A stretch of 64,000 nt of DNA from Alphaproteobacteria bacterium (GCA_965232515.1 CBDDPY010000002.1:4576001-4640000), one strand, 5' to 3'. Shown: positions 1-11,683, counted from the stretch's first letter. Notes: generated by a model from the letters alone, not told the origin. Translations and numbers: made by a program.

Positions 1-156
1 ACGTGACGAATCGGACGCGCGCTCACGGCGATCCTTATGCAGTCGCCGCCTCGGCCGGTCAAGAAGGCCATCGCGCGTTCGATTGTCGCTGTCGGACATC
101 TCTGCTACAGACTAGAGCAATGCTCATTAGAGCCGCCGCCGCCGGGAAACGCCGTC

Positions 157-1152
157 ATGCCGCATAACAAGCCGTTGGTCATCGTCACGCGGAAGCTGCC
201 CGATCCGACGGAAACGCGGATGATGGAGCTGTTCGATACCCGGCTGAACGTGGACGATTCGCCCATGGATCGGGAGGCGCTGATCGAGGCGGTGAAGATC
301 GCCGACGTGCTGGTGCCGACCGTCACCGACCATATCGACGCCGAGATCCTGACTGCGGCCAGTCCCCGGCTGCGGCTGATCGCCAGCTTCGGCACCGGCG
401 TCGACCATATCGACCTTGCGGTCGCCCGCGACCGCGGCATCGTCGTCACCAACACGCCGGGCGTGCTGACCGAGGACACGGCCGACATGACCATGGCCTT
501 GATCCTGGCCGTGCCGCGCCGCCTGACCGAGGGCGAGCGCCTGATGCGGGCCGGCGGCTGGACCGGATGGTCGCCGACCGGCATGCTCGGCCACCGGATC
601 TGGGGCAAGCGGCTCGGCATCATCGGCATGGGCCGGATCGGCAGCGCGGTCGCCAAGCGGGCGCGGGCCTGCGGCCTGTCGATCCACTACCACAACCGGC
701 ATCCGGTCGCTGAAGCGCTGGAGGACGAGCTCGAGGCGACTTATTGGGAGAGCCTCGACCAGATGCTGGCGCATATGGACATCGTCTCGGTGAACTGCCC
801 GCACACGCCGGCGACCTATCACCTGCTGTCGGCGCGGCGGCTCAAGCTGCTGCAGCCGCATGCCGTCATCGTCAACACCTCGCGCGGCGAGGTCATCGAC
901 GAGACGGCGCTGGTCGAGATGCTGACGCGTCAGGAGATCGCCGGCGCCGGCCTCGACGTCTACGAGCACGAGCCCGCTGTGAACCCCAAGCTGCGCCAGC
1001 TCGACAACGTCGTGCTGCTGCCGCACATGGGCAGCGCCACGATCGAAGGCCGCATTGCCATGGGCGAGCGGGTGCTGATCAACATCAAGACCTTCGTCGA
1101 CGGTCACCGCCCGCCCGACCGCGTCATCGACGAGGCCGCGTTGACGCCATAA
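157..1152 (+). CDS. D-isomer-specific 2-hydroxyacid dehydrogenase (glyoxylate/glycerate reductase-like)
   Basis: GMGRIG NAD-binding motif, NTSRG, AGLDVYEHEP and LPHMGSAT; start placed at ATG 157 (MPHNKP) rather than the track start at 37. Confidence 0.9.
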   Translation: MPHNKPLVIVTRKLPDPTETRMMELFDTRLNVDDSPMDREALIEAVKIADVLVPTVTDHIDAEILTAASPRLRLIASFGTGVDHIDLAVARDRGIVVTNTPGVLTEDTADMTMALILAVPRRLTEGERLMRAGGWTGWSPTGMLGHRIWGKRLGIIGMGRIGSAVAKRARACGLSIHYHNRHPVAEALEDELEATYWESLDQMLAHMDIVSVNCPHTPATYHLLSARRLKLLQPHAVIVNTSRGEVIDETALVEMLTRQEIAGAGLDVYEHEPAVNPKLRQLDNVVLLPHMGSATIEGRIAMGERVLINIKTFVDGHRPPDRVIDEAALTP

Positions 1153-1157
1153 GGGCT

Positions 1158-1952
1158 CTACGCAGCGTGTGAGGTGAGATCGCGGATTGTCGGCTGATCG
1201 CCGCAGAGCCGGCAAGCCGGGTCTCGTTTTACTTTCACTTTGCGCCATTCGGCGGCCAAGCCGTCGTAGATCAACAGTCGGCCGCTCATGCTGTCGCCGA
1301 TGCCCAGCAGTTCCTTGATGACCTCAGTGGCCTGCAGCGAGCCCATGACGCCGGCCATGGCGCCCAGCACGCCGCCCTCGGCGCAGGACGGCACCATGTG
1401 CGGCGGCGGCGGTTCGGGGAAAATGCAGCGGTAGCAGGGCTTGTCGCCGGACTCGTAGGCCCGGAAGGTCGAGAGCTGGCCGTCGAAGCGCAGCACCGCC
1501 GCCGAGACCAGCGGCTTGCGCGCGAGGTAGCAGGCGTCGTTCAGCAGGAACCGCGTGTCGAAATTGTCGGTGCCGTCGGCCACCAGGTCATAGTCCGCGA
1601 TCAGGTCCATGACGTTGTCGGCGGTCAGGCGTTCGGGATGCGGCCGCAGCCGCGCGTCGGGGTTCAATGCGGCGACCGTCGCGCCGGCGCTCTCGACCTT
1701 GGGCTGGCCGACCCGGTCGGTCGTGTGCGCGATCTGCCGCTGCAGGTTCGACAGCGACACCACATCGTCGTCGACCACGCCGATCGTGCCGACGCCTGCC
1801 GCGGCCAGATACATGATCAGCGGCGAGCCCAGCCCGCCCGCGCCCACGACCAAGACCTTCGACTGCAACAGCTTGACCTGCCCGATCCCGCCGACGTCGT
1901 GCAGGATGATGTGCCGGGCGTAGCGCTCGATCTGCGGTTCGGTCAGGTCCAT
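1158..1952 (-). CDS. moeB: MoeB/ThiF-family sulfur-carrier adenylyltransferase
   Basis: RYARHI, GAGGLG, SNLQRQ, CYRC and C-terminal CxxC zinc motifs. Confidence 0.88.
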   Translation of the reverse strand: MDLTEPQIERYARHIILHDVGGIGQVKLLQSKVLVVGAGGLGSPLIMYLAAAGVGTIGVVDDDVVSLSNLQRQIAHTTDRVGQPKVESAGATVAALNPDARLRPHPERLTADNVMDLIADYDLVADGTDNFDTRFLLNDACYLARKPLVSAAVLRFDGQLSTFRAYESGDKPCYRCIFPEPPPPHMVPSCAEGGVLGAMAGVMGSLQATEVIKELLGIGDSMSGRLLIYDGLAAEWRKVKVKRDPACRLCGDQPTIRDLTSHAA

Positions 1953-1960
1953 GGCGGCCG

Positions 1961-2938
1961 TCAGCTGGAGCCGCCTTGGTCGAACAAGGCCGTCGACAGA
2001 TAGCGTTCGGCGAACGACGGTACGATCGCCACGATCAGCTTGCCGGCATTCTCGGGCCGGGCGCCGACCTCGGCGGCGGCGGCGAGCGCCGCGCCCGAGG
2101 AGATGCCGACCGGCAGACCTTCCAATCGGGCGACGTTTCGCGCGGTCTCGAATGCCGTCTCGTTGCCGATGGTGATGACTTCGTCAATGATCTCCCGGTT
2201 CACGATCTCCGGTACGAAGCCGGCGCCGATACCCTGGATCTTATGCGGCCCCGGCGTACCGCCTGTCAGCACCGGGCTGTCCTCCGGCTCCACGGCGACC
2301 ATTTTCAGGTCCGGATTGCGGGACTTCAGCACCTCGCCGACGCCGGTGATGGTACCGCCGGTCCCGACGCCGGAGACCACGATATCGACCCGGCCGTCGG
2401 TATCGTTCCAGATTTCCTCGGCCGTGGTCGCGCGGTGGATCGCCGGGTTGGCCGGGTTTTGGAACTGCTGCGGCATTGCGGCGTCGGGCAGCTCGGCCAG
2501 CAACTCCTCGGCCCGGGCGATCGCGCCCTTCATGCCCTTCTCGGCCGGCGTCAGCTCCAGTTCGGCGCCGAGCAGTGCCAGCATCTTGCGCCGCTCGACG
2601 GACATGCTTTCCGGCATCGTCAGGATCAGCCGGTAGCCCTTGGCGGCGGCGACGAACGCCAGCGCGATGCCGGTGTTGCCGGAGGTCGGCTCGACCAGCA
2701 CGGTCTGCGGCCCGATATGGCCGTCGCGTTCCATGGCCTCGATCATCGCGACCCCGATCCGATCCTTCACCGAGGCCAGCGGATTGAAGAATTCCAGCTT
2801 GCCGGCGATCTCGGCCAGCGCGCCGCTCTTGTCGGCGAAGCGGCTGAGCCGGACCAGCGGCGTATCGCCGATGGTGTCGACGATAGATTCGTAAATTCGC
2901 CCGCGTCCCGCCGTTTGTCGTGCCTTGGTTCCGCTCAT
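1961..2938 (-). CDS. cysK: Cysteine synthase A
   Basis: SVKDR PLP lysine, [29 protein letters not shown]. Confidence 0.96.
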   Translation of the reverse strand: MSGTKARQTAGRGRIYESIVDTIGDTPLVRLSRFADKSGALAEIAGKLEFFNPLASVKDRIGVAMIEAMERDGHIGPQTVLVEPTSGNTGIALAFVAAAKGYRLILTMPESMSVERRKMLALLGAELELTPAEKGMKGAIARAEELLAELPDAAMPQQFQNPANPAIHRATTAEEIWNDTDGRVDIVVSGVGTGGTITGVGEVLKSRNPDLKMVAVEPEDSPVLTGGTPGPHKIQGIGAGFVPEIVNREIIDEVITIGNETAFETARNVARLEGLPVGISSGAALAAAAEVGARPENAGKLIVAIVPSFAERYLSTALFDQGGSS

Positions 2939-2965
2939 GTCGTTCCCGCCCGTTCCGTTCGCGCG

Positions 2966-3427
2966 TCAGATCGCAAAATCGGCATGCTCACGCGTCGCCG
3001 CCGGTATGCCGACGGCGTTGGCGCGCTGGCACAGATCCTCGATGGTGATCGCTTCCAGCCGCGCCGTCAGCTCGGCCTGCAGCTCGCCCAGCAGGGGTCG
3101 TACGACCTGATGGCCCAGTGCCGAGCCGCAGTCCGCGTCGGTGCCCTCGCCGGTGTCGTTCGTGTCGGTCTCCGCCACCACCCGCACCACGTCGGCGACG
3201 GTGATCCGGCGCCGCTCGCGGGCCAGACGATAGCCGCCGCGCGGGCCGCGCACGCCGCGCAGGATGCCGGCGCGCACCAGTTGCTGCATGACCTGCTCCA
3301 GATAGCGCTGCGGAATGCCCTGCCGTTCGGTGATCTCTTTCGATTGCACGGGATCGGGCCGCGCGTTGTAGGCGATGTCGACCACCGCCTCCAGCGCGTA
3401 GAGTGTCTTGCGTGACAGTTGCAGCAT
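2966..3427 (-). CDS. Rrf2-family transcriptional regulator (CymR-like, no Fe-S cysteine triad)
   Basis: YLEQV...GVRGPRGGY wHTH signature; ends in DFAI; directly upstream of cysK. Confidence 0.88.
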   Translation of the reverse strand: MLQLSRKTLYALEAVVDIAYNARPDPVQSKEITERQGIPQRYLEQVMQQLVRAGILRGVRGPRGGYRLARERRRITVADVVRVVAETDTNDTGEGTDADCGSALGHQVVRPLLGELQAELTARLEAITIEDLCQRANAVGIPAATREHADFAI

Positions 3428-3432
3428 CGCCG

Positions 3433-3885
3433 CTAGCTGCCTGTCGAGCCGTAGCCGCCGGCGCCGCGCGTGCTGTCGGGCAGTGCCTCGACCTCACGCC
3501 ACGCCGCCCGCGTGAACGCGGCGATGACCAGTTGCGCGATACGCTGCCCGCGCTCGATCGCCACCGGCTCGCGCCCGTGATTGATCAGCACGACGCCGAT
3601 CTCGCCGCGATAATCGGCATCGACGGTGCCGGGGCTGTTCAGGACCGTCAGGCCGTGCTTCAGCGCCATCCCCGAGCGCGGTCGGACCTGCGCTTCATAG
3701 CCGTCGGGCAGCGCGATGCTGATCCCGGTCGGGATCAATTGCCGGTCGCCGGCGCCCAGCCGGACTGTATCGTCAACGGCCGCGACCAGGTCCATGCCGG
3801 CGCTGCCGGGCGTGGCGTAGGCCGGCAGATCCAGATCGCGCCCATGCGGCAGCCGGCGGATCGCAATCTCAACTAATGCCGTCAT
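3433..3885 (-). CDS. dut: dUTP diphosphatase
   Basis: [34 protein letters not shown]. Confidence 0.97.
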   Translation of the reverse strand: MTALVEIAIRRLPHGRDLDLPAYATPGSAGMDLVAAVDDTVRLGAGDRQLIPTGISIALPDGYEAQVRPRSGMALKHGLTVLNSPGTVDADYRGEIGVVLINHGREPVAIERGQRIAQLVIAAFTRAAWREVEALPDSTRGAGGYGSTGS

Positions 3886-5105
3886 GCCGAGGCGGCGTTC
3901 GCCGCGAAATGGTCGGCGACCCGTGTCGCAAGGCGCGCGGCGACTTCGGTCTTCGACAGTTTGGGCCAGGAATCGACGCCGGCGCCGCTGACGATATGCA
4001 CGGTGTTGTCGTCACCGCCCATCACGCCGGCTGCCGGCGAGACGTCGTTGGCGACGATCCAGTCACAGCCCTTGCGCGCCCGCTTGGCCTGCGCGTGCTC
4101 GACAACGTTTTCGGTTTCGGCGGCGAAGCCGATCACTAGATCGGGCCGGCCGTCGTTGCGCCCGCTCAGGCTCGCCAGGATGTCGGGGTTTTCGACCAGG
4201 CGCAGCGGCGGCACGGATTTGCCGTCCTTTTTGATCTTCTGTTCCGCCGCGCCGTCGACACGCCAGTCGGCCACCGCCGCGGCGCAGACCGCGACATCGG
4301 CCGGCAGCGCCGATTCACAGGCGCGCAGCATCTCGCGGGCCGATTCGATACGCACCACGCGGACACCGGGCGGATCGGCTAGGTCGGTCGGGCCAGAGAC
4401 CAGCGTGGTCTCCGCGCCGAGCCGCGCCAGCGCGTCGGCGATTGCATGGCCCTGCTTGCCCGACGACCGATTGGCGAGATAGCGCACCGGATCGACCGCC
4501 TCGTATGTGGGACCTGACGTCACCAGCGCCCGCCGGCCCTGCAGCCGCGGCGACGCGCCCATGAAGAACTGCTCGACCGCGGCGACAACCTCCAGCGGCT
4601 CGGCCATGCGTCCGCTGCCGACCTCGCCGCAGGCGAGGTCGCCAGCGCCCGGTCCGACGCGAAGGACGCCGTCGGCTTCGAGCTGTTGCACGTTGCGTTG
4701 CGTCGCGACGTGGTTCCACATCTCGACGTTCATCGCCGGCGCCACCATGACCGGCTTGTCGGTCGCCAGCAGGACCGTCGTCGCCAGGTCGTCGGCCATA
4801 CCGGCGGCCATGCGCGCCATGATATCGGCCGTTGCCGGTGCCACCAGCAGCAGGTCCGCCTCCCGCGACAGCCGGATGTGCCCCATCTCGGCCTCGTCGG
4901 TCAGCGAAAAGACGTCCTGATAGACCTTCTCCTCGCTGAGCGCCGAGACCGACAACGGCGTCACGAACTGCGCGCCGCCGCGGGTCAGAACGCAGCGCAC
5001 GGCGGCGCCCCGCTCCTTCAGGCGGCGGATCAGGTCCAGCGACTTGTAGGCCGCGATCCCGCCCGAGATGATCAGCAGGACGCGTTTGCCGTTCAGCATG
5101 GTCAT
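3882..5105 (-). CDS. coaBC: Bifunctional phosphopantothenoylcysteine decarboxylase/synthetase
   Basis: [40 protein letters not shown]; start placed at ATG 5105. Confidence 0.96.
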   Translation of the reverse strand: MTMLNGKRVLLIISGGIAAYKSLDLIRRLKERGAAVRCVLTRGGAQFVTPLSVSALSEEKVYQDVFSLTDEAEMGHIRLSREADLLLVAPATADIMARMAAGMADDLATTVLLATDKPVMVAPAMNVEMWNHVATQRNVQQLEADGVLRVGPGAGDLACGEVGSGRMAEPLEVVAAVEQFFMGASPRLQGRRALVTSGPTYEAVDPVRYLANRSSGKQGHAIADALARLGAETTLVSGPTDLADPPGVRVVRIESAREMLRACESALPADVAVCAAAVADWRVDGAAEQKIKKDGKSVPPLRLVENPDILASLSGRNDGRPDLVIGFAAETENVVEHAQAKRARKGCDWIVANDVSPAAGVMGGDDNTVHIVSGAGVDSWPKLSKTEVAARLATRVADHFAANAASA

Positions 5106-5221
5106 GGCCTCATTCCACGGCGTTCCAGTGTATTTAGTCAACAATTACAGTTCCGCAAACGCGCGGGACCCAGATATGCGACTGGCAAAGGGCTTGACCC
5201 AGCCGGTATGGCCGATCCCTT

Positions 5222-6016
5222 TCAGACCGCCCAGCCGGAATGCAGGGCGGCGATGCCGCCGGCCAGATTTCGGTATTTGACGACGTCGAATCCGGCGCCG
5301 GTGATCATCTCGGCGAAGCGGTCCTGGTCGGGAAACTGCCGGATGCTTTCGGCCAGGTACTGATAGGCGGCGCGATCGCCCGCCACCATCTGGCCGATTT
5401 GCGGCAGCACCTTGAAGGAATAGGCGTCATAGACCGGTTCAAGACCAGCCACGGCCAGACGACTGAATTCCAGGCAGATGAACCGCCCGCCGGGCTTCAG
5501 GACCCGTCGGGACTCGGCCAGAACGGCCGCGATATCCGTGCAGTTGCGGATGCCGAAGGCGATCGTGACGGCGTTGACGGCGCGGTCTTTCAGCGGCAGG
5601 GACTCGCCGTCGCCGCACAGCCAGTCGACGTGGCTGTCGTCCAGCTTGCGCCGCGCCGCCCGGCTGCGGCCGACCTGCAGCATTTCGGCATTGATGTCGA
5701 CGATGCTGACATGTCCGCGGCCGCCCATCCGGTCGAGAAAACGGAAAGCGATGTCACCGGTGCCGCCGGCCAGGTCCAACAGATGCATATCGGGGCGCGG
5801 TCGCAGCCAGTCGATCAGCGCCGTCTTCCACAACCGGTGCAGACCGCCCGACATCAGGTCGTTCATCAGGTCGTAGCGGCGGGCGACGCTGTCGAAGACC
5901 GCCCGCACGCGCCCGGCCTTTTCCGACCGCGGCACGGTCTCGAAGCCGAAGTGGGTCAGCGTCTCGCCGTCGCGCGGTTCGAAGTTCGTCGTGCCCATGT
6001 CTTGGATATAGCGCAT
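5222..6016 (-). CDS. ubiE: Ubiquinone/menaquinone C-methyltransferase
   Basis: [47 protein letters not shown]; start could also be 5998. Confidence 0.95.
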   Translation of the reverse strand: MRYIQDMGTTNFEPRDGETLTHFGFETVPRSEKAGRVRAVFDSVARRYDLMNDLMSGGLHRLWKTALIDWLRPRPDMHLLDLAGGTGDIAFRFLDRMGGRGHVSIVDINAEMLQVGRSRAARRKLDDSHVDWLCGDGESLPLKDRAVNAVTIAFGIRNCTDIAAVLAESRRVLKPGGRFICLEFSRLAVAGLEPVYDAYSFKVLPQIGQMVAGDRAAYQYLAESIRQFPDQDRFAEMITGAGFDVVKYRNLAGGIAALHSGWAV

Positions 6017-6045
6017 GCCCGGGCCTTGCGCTATCGTCCGCCGCC

Positions 6046-6870
6046 ATGCCTGAACTGCCGGAAGTCGAGACCGTCCGCCGCGGCCTGATCGGGCCGCTCG
6101 AAGGCCGTGTGCTGGCGCGCGTGCAACAGAACCGGCCGGATCTGCGCTGGCCGCTGCCGGCTAACTTCGCCAAGCGGCTCACCGGACGGCGCGTCCAACG
6201 GCTCGACCGGCGCGCCAAGTTCATCCTCGCCCGTCTCGACGACGGCCAGGTCTGGATCACCCATCTCGGCATGTCGGGCCGGATGCTGTTGAGCCGCGAC
6301 GCCACCGTGCCGCCGGGCCCGCACGATCACATCGTCATCGAGACCGACGGCGGCGATGTCGTGACGTTCAACGACGTCCGCCGGTTCGGGATGATGGATC
6401 TGGTGCCGGAAGACGACATCGCCGAGCATTTTCTGCTGCGCGAGCTCGGGCCGGAACCGCTCGGCAACGCCTTTAACGACGCGGCGCTGTCGGCGGCGCT
6501 CGCCGGCCGCAAGACGCCGATCAAGGCGGCGCTGCTCGACCAGAAGATCGTCGCCGGGCTCGGCAACATCTATGTCTGCGAAGCGCTTTACCGCGCCGGC
6601 ATCTCGCCGAAGCGCCTGGCGCGGTCGGTTGCCGGAAAGCGCGCGGCGCGCCTGGTGCCGGCAATCCGCGATGTGCTCGACCAGGCGATCGCCGCCGGCG
6701 GCTCCAGCCTGCGGGACTACGTCCAGGCCTCGGGCGAGCTTGGTTATTTCCAGCACAACTTCGCCGTCTACGGCCGCGAGGGCGAGCCCTGCCAGAACTG
6801 CGGCAAGCCGGTAAGGCGAATCGTGCAGAGCGGCAGATCGACCTTCTATTGCGGCGCCTGCCAGCGCTAG
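6046..6870 (+). CDS. mutM: Formamidopyrimidine-DNA glycosylase
   Basis: N-terminal [21 protein letters not shown]-terminal zinc finger. Confidence 0.97.
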   Translation: MPELPEVETVRRGLIGPLEGRVLARVQQNRPDLRWPLPANFAKRLTGRRVQRLDRRAKFILARLDDGQVWITHLGMSGRMLLSRDATVPPGPHDHIVIETDGGDVVTFNDVRRFGMMDLVPEDDIAEHFLLRELGPEPLGNAFNDAALSAALAGRKTPIKAALLDQKIVAGLGNIYVCEALYRAGISPKRLARSVAGKRAARLVPAIRDVLDQAIAAGGSSLRDYVQASGELGYFQHNFAVYGREGEPCQNCGKPVRRIVQSGRSTFYCGACQR

Positions 6871-7025
6871 CGTTTCTTCGCGGCCGGCAAGGTTGATTCG
6901 ATTGCGGCCGATACCGTAAACAAGCGGGCCCCTGGCGTTGGCGCGGCCCCCGGGCCGCGAATCGTCGGTCCCTCTCCCTCACGCGACGACGGGGCGGCGG
7001 GCGTTGATCTCTTGAGGAGCCAGAC

Positions 7026-7802
7026 ATGGCCTACGAAAACATTCTCGTCGATACGCAGGGCGCGGTCGGCATCATCCGGCTGAACCGGCCGAAGGCATTG
7101 AACGCCTTGAACGCGGCCTTGGTGGCCGATGTCGGCGCGGCGCTCGATGCGTTCGAGGCCGACGACGAGATCGGCTGCATCGTGCTGACCGGCAACGAGA
7201 AGGCATTCGCCGCCGGCGCTGACATCAAGGAGATGCAGCCAAAGGATTATATGGTCGTCTACAAGGAGGACTTCATCACCAGCGGCTGGGAGCGGGTGGC
7301 CCAATGCCGCAAGCCGATCATCGCCGCGGTGGCCGGCTTCGCGCTCGGCGGCGGCTGCGAGGTGGCCATGATGTGCGACTTCATCATCGCCGCCGACAAC
7401 GCCAAGTTCGGCCAGCCGGAAATCCAGCTCGGCACCATACCGGGCGCCGGCGGCACCCAGCGCCTGACCCGGTTCGTCGGCAAGTCGAAGGCCATGGAGA
7501 TGGTGCTGACGGGCCGGATGATGGATGCCGAGGAAGCCGAGCGCGCCGGCCTGGTCAGCCGGGTGGTGGCGGTCGACGACCTGATGGAGGACGCCGTGGC
7601 GACGGCGGCCAAGATCGCCAAGCTGTCTCAGCCGGTGGTGATGATGGCGAAGGAATCGGTGAACCGGGCTTACGAATCCACGCTCGCCGAGGGCGTCCGC
7701 TTCGAGCGGCGCCTGTTCCATTCGACCTTCTCGACCGAAGATCGCAGCGAGGGCATGGCCGCCTTCGTGGAAAAACGCGAGCCGCAGTTCAAACACCGCT
7801 AG
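7026..7802 (+). CDS. Enoyl-CoA hydratase
   Basis: [32 protein letters not shown]. Confidence 0.93.
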   Translation: MAYENILVDTQGAVGIIRLNRPKALNALNAALVADVGAALDAFEADDEIGCIVLTGNEKAFAAGADIKEMQPKDYMVVYKEDFITSGWERVAQCRKPIIAAVAGFALGGGCEVAMMCDFIIAADNAKFGQPEIQLGTIPGAGGTQRLTRFVGKSKAMEMVLTGRMMDAEEAERAGLVSRVVAVDDLMEDAVATAAKIAKLSQPVVMMAKESVNRAYESTLAEGVRFERRLFHSTFSTEDRSEGMAAFVEKREPQFKHR

Positions 7803-7843
7803 ATGCATCGGCGCGAATCGGCCGCGTTAGTGATTGTTACGGA

Positions 7844-7872
7844 TTGACCAAGTCGGCGCCATGCGTCTATAT
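7844..7872 (+). promoter_or_regulatory. Putative sigma70 promoter of rpsT
   Basis: TTGACC-N17-CTATAT, matching the alphaproteobacterial housekeeping consensus, 36 nt upstream of the ATG. Confidence 0.6.
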
Positions 7873-7908
7873 CGGCGCCGCATGGATCGAGAGGCTTAAG
7901 GTTCCAGT

Positions 7909-8172
7909 ATGGCAAACACGAAATCAGCGAAGAAACGGCTTCGCCAGACCGAGCGGCGCACGGCCGTCAATCGTGCGCGGACAAGTCGCGTTCGGACGTT
8001 TCTGCGACAGGTTGAAGAGGCGATTGCCAGCGGTAACAAGGACGCGGCCACCGAGGCTTTTAAGGCGGTCGAGCCCGAATTGATGCGGGGTGCACAGCAC
8101 AACATCATGCATCGCAATACGGCCTCGCGGAAGATCTCGCGGCTGGCCCGACGCATCAACGCGATGTCGTAG
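7909..8172 (+). CDS. rpsT: 30S ribosomal protein S20
   Basis: [10 protein letters not shown]...[12 protein letters not shown]. Confidence 0.97.
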   Translation: MANTKSAKKRLRQTERRTAVNRARTSRVRTFLRQVEEAIASGNKDAATEAFKAVEPELMRGAQHNIMHRNTASRKISRLARRINAMS

Positions 8173-8687
8173 CATTTTTGCAACAGTAGGGATAAAAAAC
8201 GGTATCGCCCATCGGACGTTACAGCCTGGATTTTGGTTGAAGGTCAGTGCGTTGACCGGATTCCCGCGGCGCCGAAAGGGATCGATTTCCTAATATCCCT
8301 GAGTTCTCTATTTTGTCCTGTTGCATGCTGTTAACCGTCGCATTACTGTAACTCTGCTCCGCCAAGGCGGGGTGCCACAAATCAAACCAAAGTATCGGTG
8401 ACTAACACCGGTTGCGGATCACATAATGGTCCGCAAGAGGGCATGCTTTGTGTTTTGAAATTGGCAACGAAGTAGTGTTGACTATTAAGCCTCGGGCGGG
8501 CTTTTCAATGCGGTATTATCAACCTGGATCCATCGAAACCGGTCCGGGCAAATAAAAAGGGGGCTCTAAATGGCTCTGCGGACTATTTGCGTGTCCAGCC
8601 ATTCAAATCGGGAGAATATTCTAGGGGCGGCTAGGCGTAACCGAACGTTGAGTCGGTGCGCGTGTATAAACCGAATCGGAATACGCC

Positions 8688-10094
8688 ATGTCTGTTGCAC
8701 TGAGTAGGCCGGTTGCCGCTATGGATCGGTCGTTCGAAGAACAATGGGAGCGTGTCCGCGCCCGTCTGCGCGCGGAATATGGGGACGCCACTTTCAATAG
8801 CTGGCTGAAACCGCTGTTATTGCAGAGCGGGCGTGACGGCTTCGTCACGCTGACCGCGCCGACCCGGTTCATGCGGGATTGGGTCAACTCGCACTATGGC
8901 GAGCGATTGCGCGCCTTCTGGCAGGGCGAGAACGATAAGGTGCAGGAGGTCGAGATCCTTGTCCGGCCGCCGCAACCGGTCGCACGGCCGAAGCCTTCGG
9001 AAGATGCGGACGCGGCCGAACCCGCTCAGGCTGCCGAATCGGGCGCGCCGAGCGGCGGCGGCCGGGATATCGGTTCGCCGCTCGATCCGCGGTTTCGGTT
9101 CGACAGCTTTGTCGTCGGCCGCTCGAACGAGCTGGCCTATGCCGCGGCGCGGCGGGTGGCCGAATCGTCGACCGTTCGCTTCAATCCGCTGTTCCTCTAT
9201 GGCGGCGTCGGCCTCGGCAAGACACATCTCATGCACGCTATCGCCTGGCACATCCGCGAGCGCGAGCCGGCGCGTCGCGTGGTCTATCTGTCGGCCGAGA
9301 AGTTCATGTACCAGTTCGTGCGGGCGTTGCGCGACAAGGAGTCCATGAGCTTCAAGCAGCAGTTCCGCTCTGCCGACGTGCTGATGATCGACGATGTGCA
9401 GTTCTTCAGCCGCAAGGATTCGACGCAGGAAGAGTTCTTCCACACGTTCAATGCGCTGATCGACCAGAACCGTCAGATCGTGATCTCGGCCGATCGCTCG
9501 CCAACCGATCTGGAAGACATCGAGGAACGGATCCGCTCCCGCCTTGGCTGGGGTCTGGTGGCCGACATCCATCATACCGACTACGAGCTGCGGCTCGGGA
9601 TCCTGCAGGCCAAGGCGCGCGGCGCCGGCGCCCAGGAGGTGCCGCCGAAGGTGCTGGAGTTCCTGGCCCACCGGATCACCTCGAATGTCCGCGAGCTGGA
9701 AGGCGCGTTGAACCGGATCCTGGCCTACGCCAATCTCGTCGGCCGGCCGATCAGCCTGGAGATGACCCAGGAGGTGCTGCAGGACCTGCTGCGGGCCAAC
9801 GATCGGCGCGTCACCATCGACGAGATCCAGAAGAAGGTGGCGGCGCACTACAACATCCGCATCGCCGACATGCATTCGGCCCGCCGCGCGCGCAATGTCG
9901 CCCGCCCGCGACAGATCGCCATGTATCTGTCGAAGCAGTTGACGACGCGGTCGCTGCCGGAGATCGGCCGCAAGTTCGGTGGCCGCGACCACACCACGGT
10001 GATGCATGCCGTGCGCCGGATCGAGGAGCTGCGCCAGACCGATTCGACGCTGGCCGAGGACATCGATCTGCTGCGGCGGATGTTGGAGGCCTGA
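8688..10094 (+). CDS. dnaA: Chromosomal replication initiator DnaA
   Basis: [46 protein letters not shown]; alternative start ATG 8721. Confidence 0.98.
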   Translation: MSVALSRPVAAMDRSFEEQWERVRARLRAEYGDATFNSWLKPLLLQSGRDGFVTLTAPTRFMRDWVNSHYGERLRAFWQGENDKVQEVEILVRPPQPVARPKPSEDADAAEPAQAAESGAPSGGGRDIGSPLDPRFRFDSFVVGRSNELAYAAARRVAESSTVRFNPLFLYGGVGLGKTHLMHAIAWHIREREPARRVVYLSAEKFMYQFVRALRDKESMSFKQQFRSADVLMIDDVQFFSRKDSTQEEFFHTFNALIDQNRQIVISADRSPTDLEDIEERIRSRLGWGLVADIHHTDYELRLGILQAKARGAGAQEVPPKVLEFLAHRITSNVRELEGALNRILAYANLVGRPISLEMTQEVLQDLLRANDRRVTIDEIQKKVAAHYNIRIADMHSARRARNVARPRQIAMYLSKQLTTRSLPEIGRKFGGRDHTTVMHAVRRIEELRQTDSTLAEDIDLLRRMLEA

Positions 10095-10494
10095 TCACTT
10101 TTTGGCGCGCCCGTCGGCCGATTGGGCGCGCCATTCGAGCGGAAGACAGGCGGCTTGGCGGCGGAATCGTGGCCGAGTTGCTTGTCGGTCTCGAATTGCC
10201 ATTGAAATCAAGCCGTTAAGCCCTATCTTCCGTCCCGTAAACACGGTCGTCTGCGACCGTCGAACAGCAGCGGAATGACCATGCCGAGAGGCTTCGGCGG
10301 GCCTGCCGCGCGCCACGGAATTGCGTGCGAAATCAATCGCTTTCTGCTATGTTTTGAACCCGTCCACAGGGCTGTTCGGATATCCGCATTGATGCCGCAT
10401 TCGACGCCTCGGCCGGGCCTCATCCGGGGCTGTCCCGAGACCGTGTAGACGGCCCGCAATTCGCCAGACAATTGGCCGATACGGACACGAGAAC

Positions 10495-11613
10495 ATGCAT
10501 CTGACGATCGAACGCAGCGCCCTTCTCCGGTCGCTCTCCCACATCCAAAGCGTGGTCGAGAAACGCAATACCATTCCCATCCTGTCGAACGTGCAATTGG
10601 TCGCCGAAGACGGAAAGCTCAGCCTGACGGCGACGGACCTGGATCTGGCGATCGTCGAAACCGCGGCCTGCGATGTCGTGCAGCCCGGCGGCACGACGGC
10701 GCCGGCGCACACGCTCTACGACATCGTTAGGAAAATACCCGACGGCTCCCAGGTGGAATTTTCCTACAATTCGGAAGATAGTCGCCTGACCTTGCGGGCC
10801 GGCCGGTCGGAATTCGCGCTGTCCTGCCTGCCGCGCGAGGACTTTCCCGTCATGGCCGACGACGATCTGCCGCATCGGTTCACGGTCACGGCCAGCGATC
10901 TGAAACGGCTGATCGAGAAGACCCGCTTCGCGATCTCCACCGAGGAGACGCGATACTATCTGAACGGCATCTATCTGCACACCGCGACGGGCGGCGAGGG
11001 CGCCGTGTTGCGGGCGGTGGCGACCGACGGACACCGCTTGGCGCGGGTCGAGATTCCGGCGCCGACCGGCGCCGAGGCCGTGCCGGGCATTATCGTGCCG
11101 CGCAAGACCGTCAACGAAGTGCACAAGCTGATCGAGGACCTCGACACCGGGGTCGAGGTGGCGCTGTCGGAAACCAAGATCCGCTTCGCCTTCGATTCCG
11201 TCGTGCTGACCTCGAAACTGATCGACGGCACCTTCCCCGACTACGAGCGGGTGATCCCGGCCAACAACGACAAGCTGCTGCATGTCGACGGCAAGGTCTT
11301 TGCCGACGCCGTGGACCGGGTTTCGACGATCAGCTCCGAGAAGTCGCGGGCAGTCAAGCTGGCGCTGGACCAGGACCGGCTCGTCCTTTCGGCGAATAGC
11401 CCGGAACAGGGCAGCGCTACCGAGGAGGTGTCGGTCGATTTCGGCGGCGAGCATCTGGAAATCGGCTTCAATTCCCGCTACCTGCTGGACATCACCGGCC
11501 AGATCGACGGCGACAGCGCGCAGTTCTCGCTCGCGGACGCGGCCTCGCCGACAATCATCCGGGACGCGGCGGACGACAGCGCGCTTTATGTGCTGATGCC
11601 GATGCGGGTCTGA
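10495..11613 (+). CDS. dnaN: DNA polymerase III beta clamp
   Basis: TIPILSN, ATDGHRLA, FPDYERVIP, IGFNSRYL, LMPMRV. Confidence 0.98.
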   Translation: MHLTIERSALLRSLSHIQSVVEKRNTIPILSNVQLVAEDGKLSLTATDLDLAIVETAACDVVQPGGTTAPAHTLYDIVRKIPDGSQVEFSYNSEDSRLTLRAGRSEFALSCLPREDFPVMADDDLPHRFTVTASDLKRLIEKTRFAISTEETRYYLNGIYLHTATGGEGAVLRAVATDGHRLARVEIPAPTGAEAVPGIIVPRKTVNEVHKLIEDLDTGVEVALSETKIRFAFDSVVLTSKLIDGTFPDYERVIPANNDKLLHVDGKVFADAVDRVSTISSEKSRAVKLALDQDRLVLSANSPEQGSATEEVSVDFGGEHLEIGFNSRYLLDITGQIDGDSAQFSLADAASPTIIRDAADDSALYVLMPMRV

Positions 11614-11683
11614 AGGAGCGACGGTCATCGCGTCGTCCACTGCGCTTGCCAGAACCGGGGCCGGCCACGCGTCCGCCCAAGAC

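Noticed and set aside
1-100. Start of a divergent minus-strand gene at the window edge
   Set aside because: Too little sequence to identify a frame or family.
10103-10133. 10-bp stem after dnaA as an intrinsic terminator
   Set aside because: The T-run precedes the stem instead of following it, so the function is unclear.
8173-10494. oriC in the rpsT-dnaA or dnaA-dnaN spacers
   Set aside because: Only scattered mismatched DnaA boxes and no cluster or clear unwinding element; alphaproteobacterial origins are often away from dnaA.
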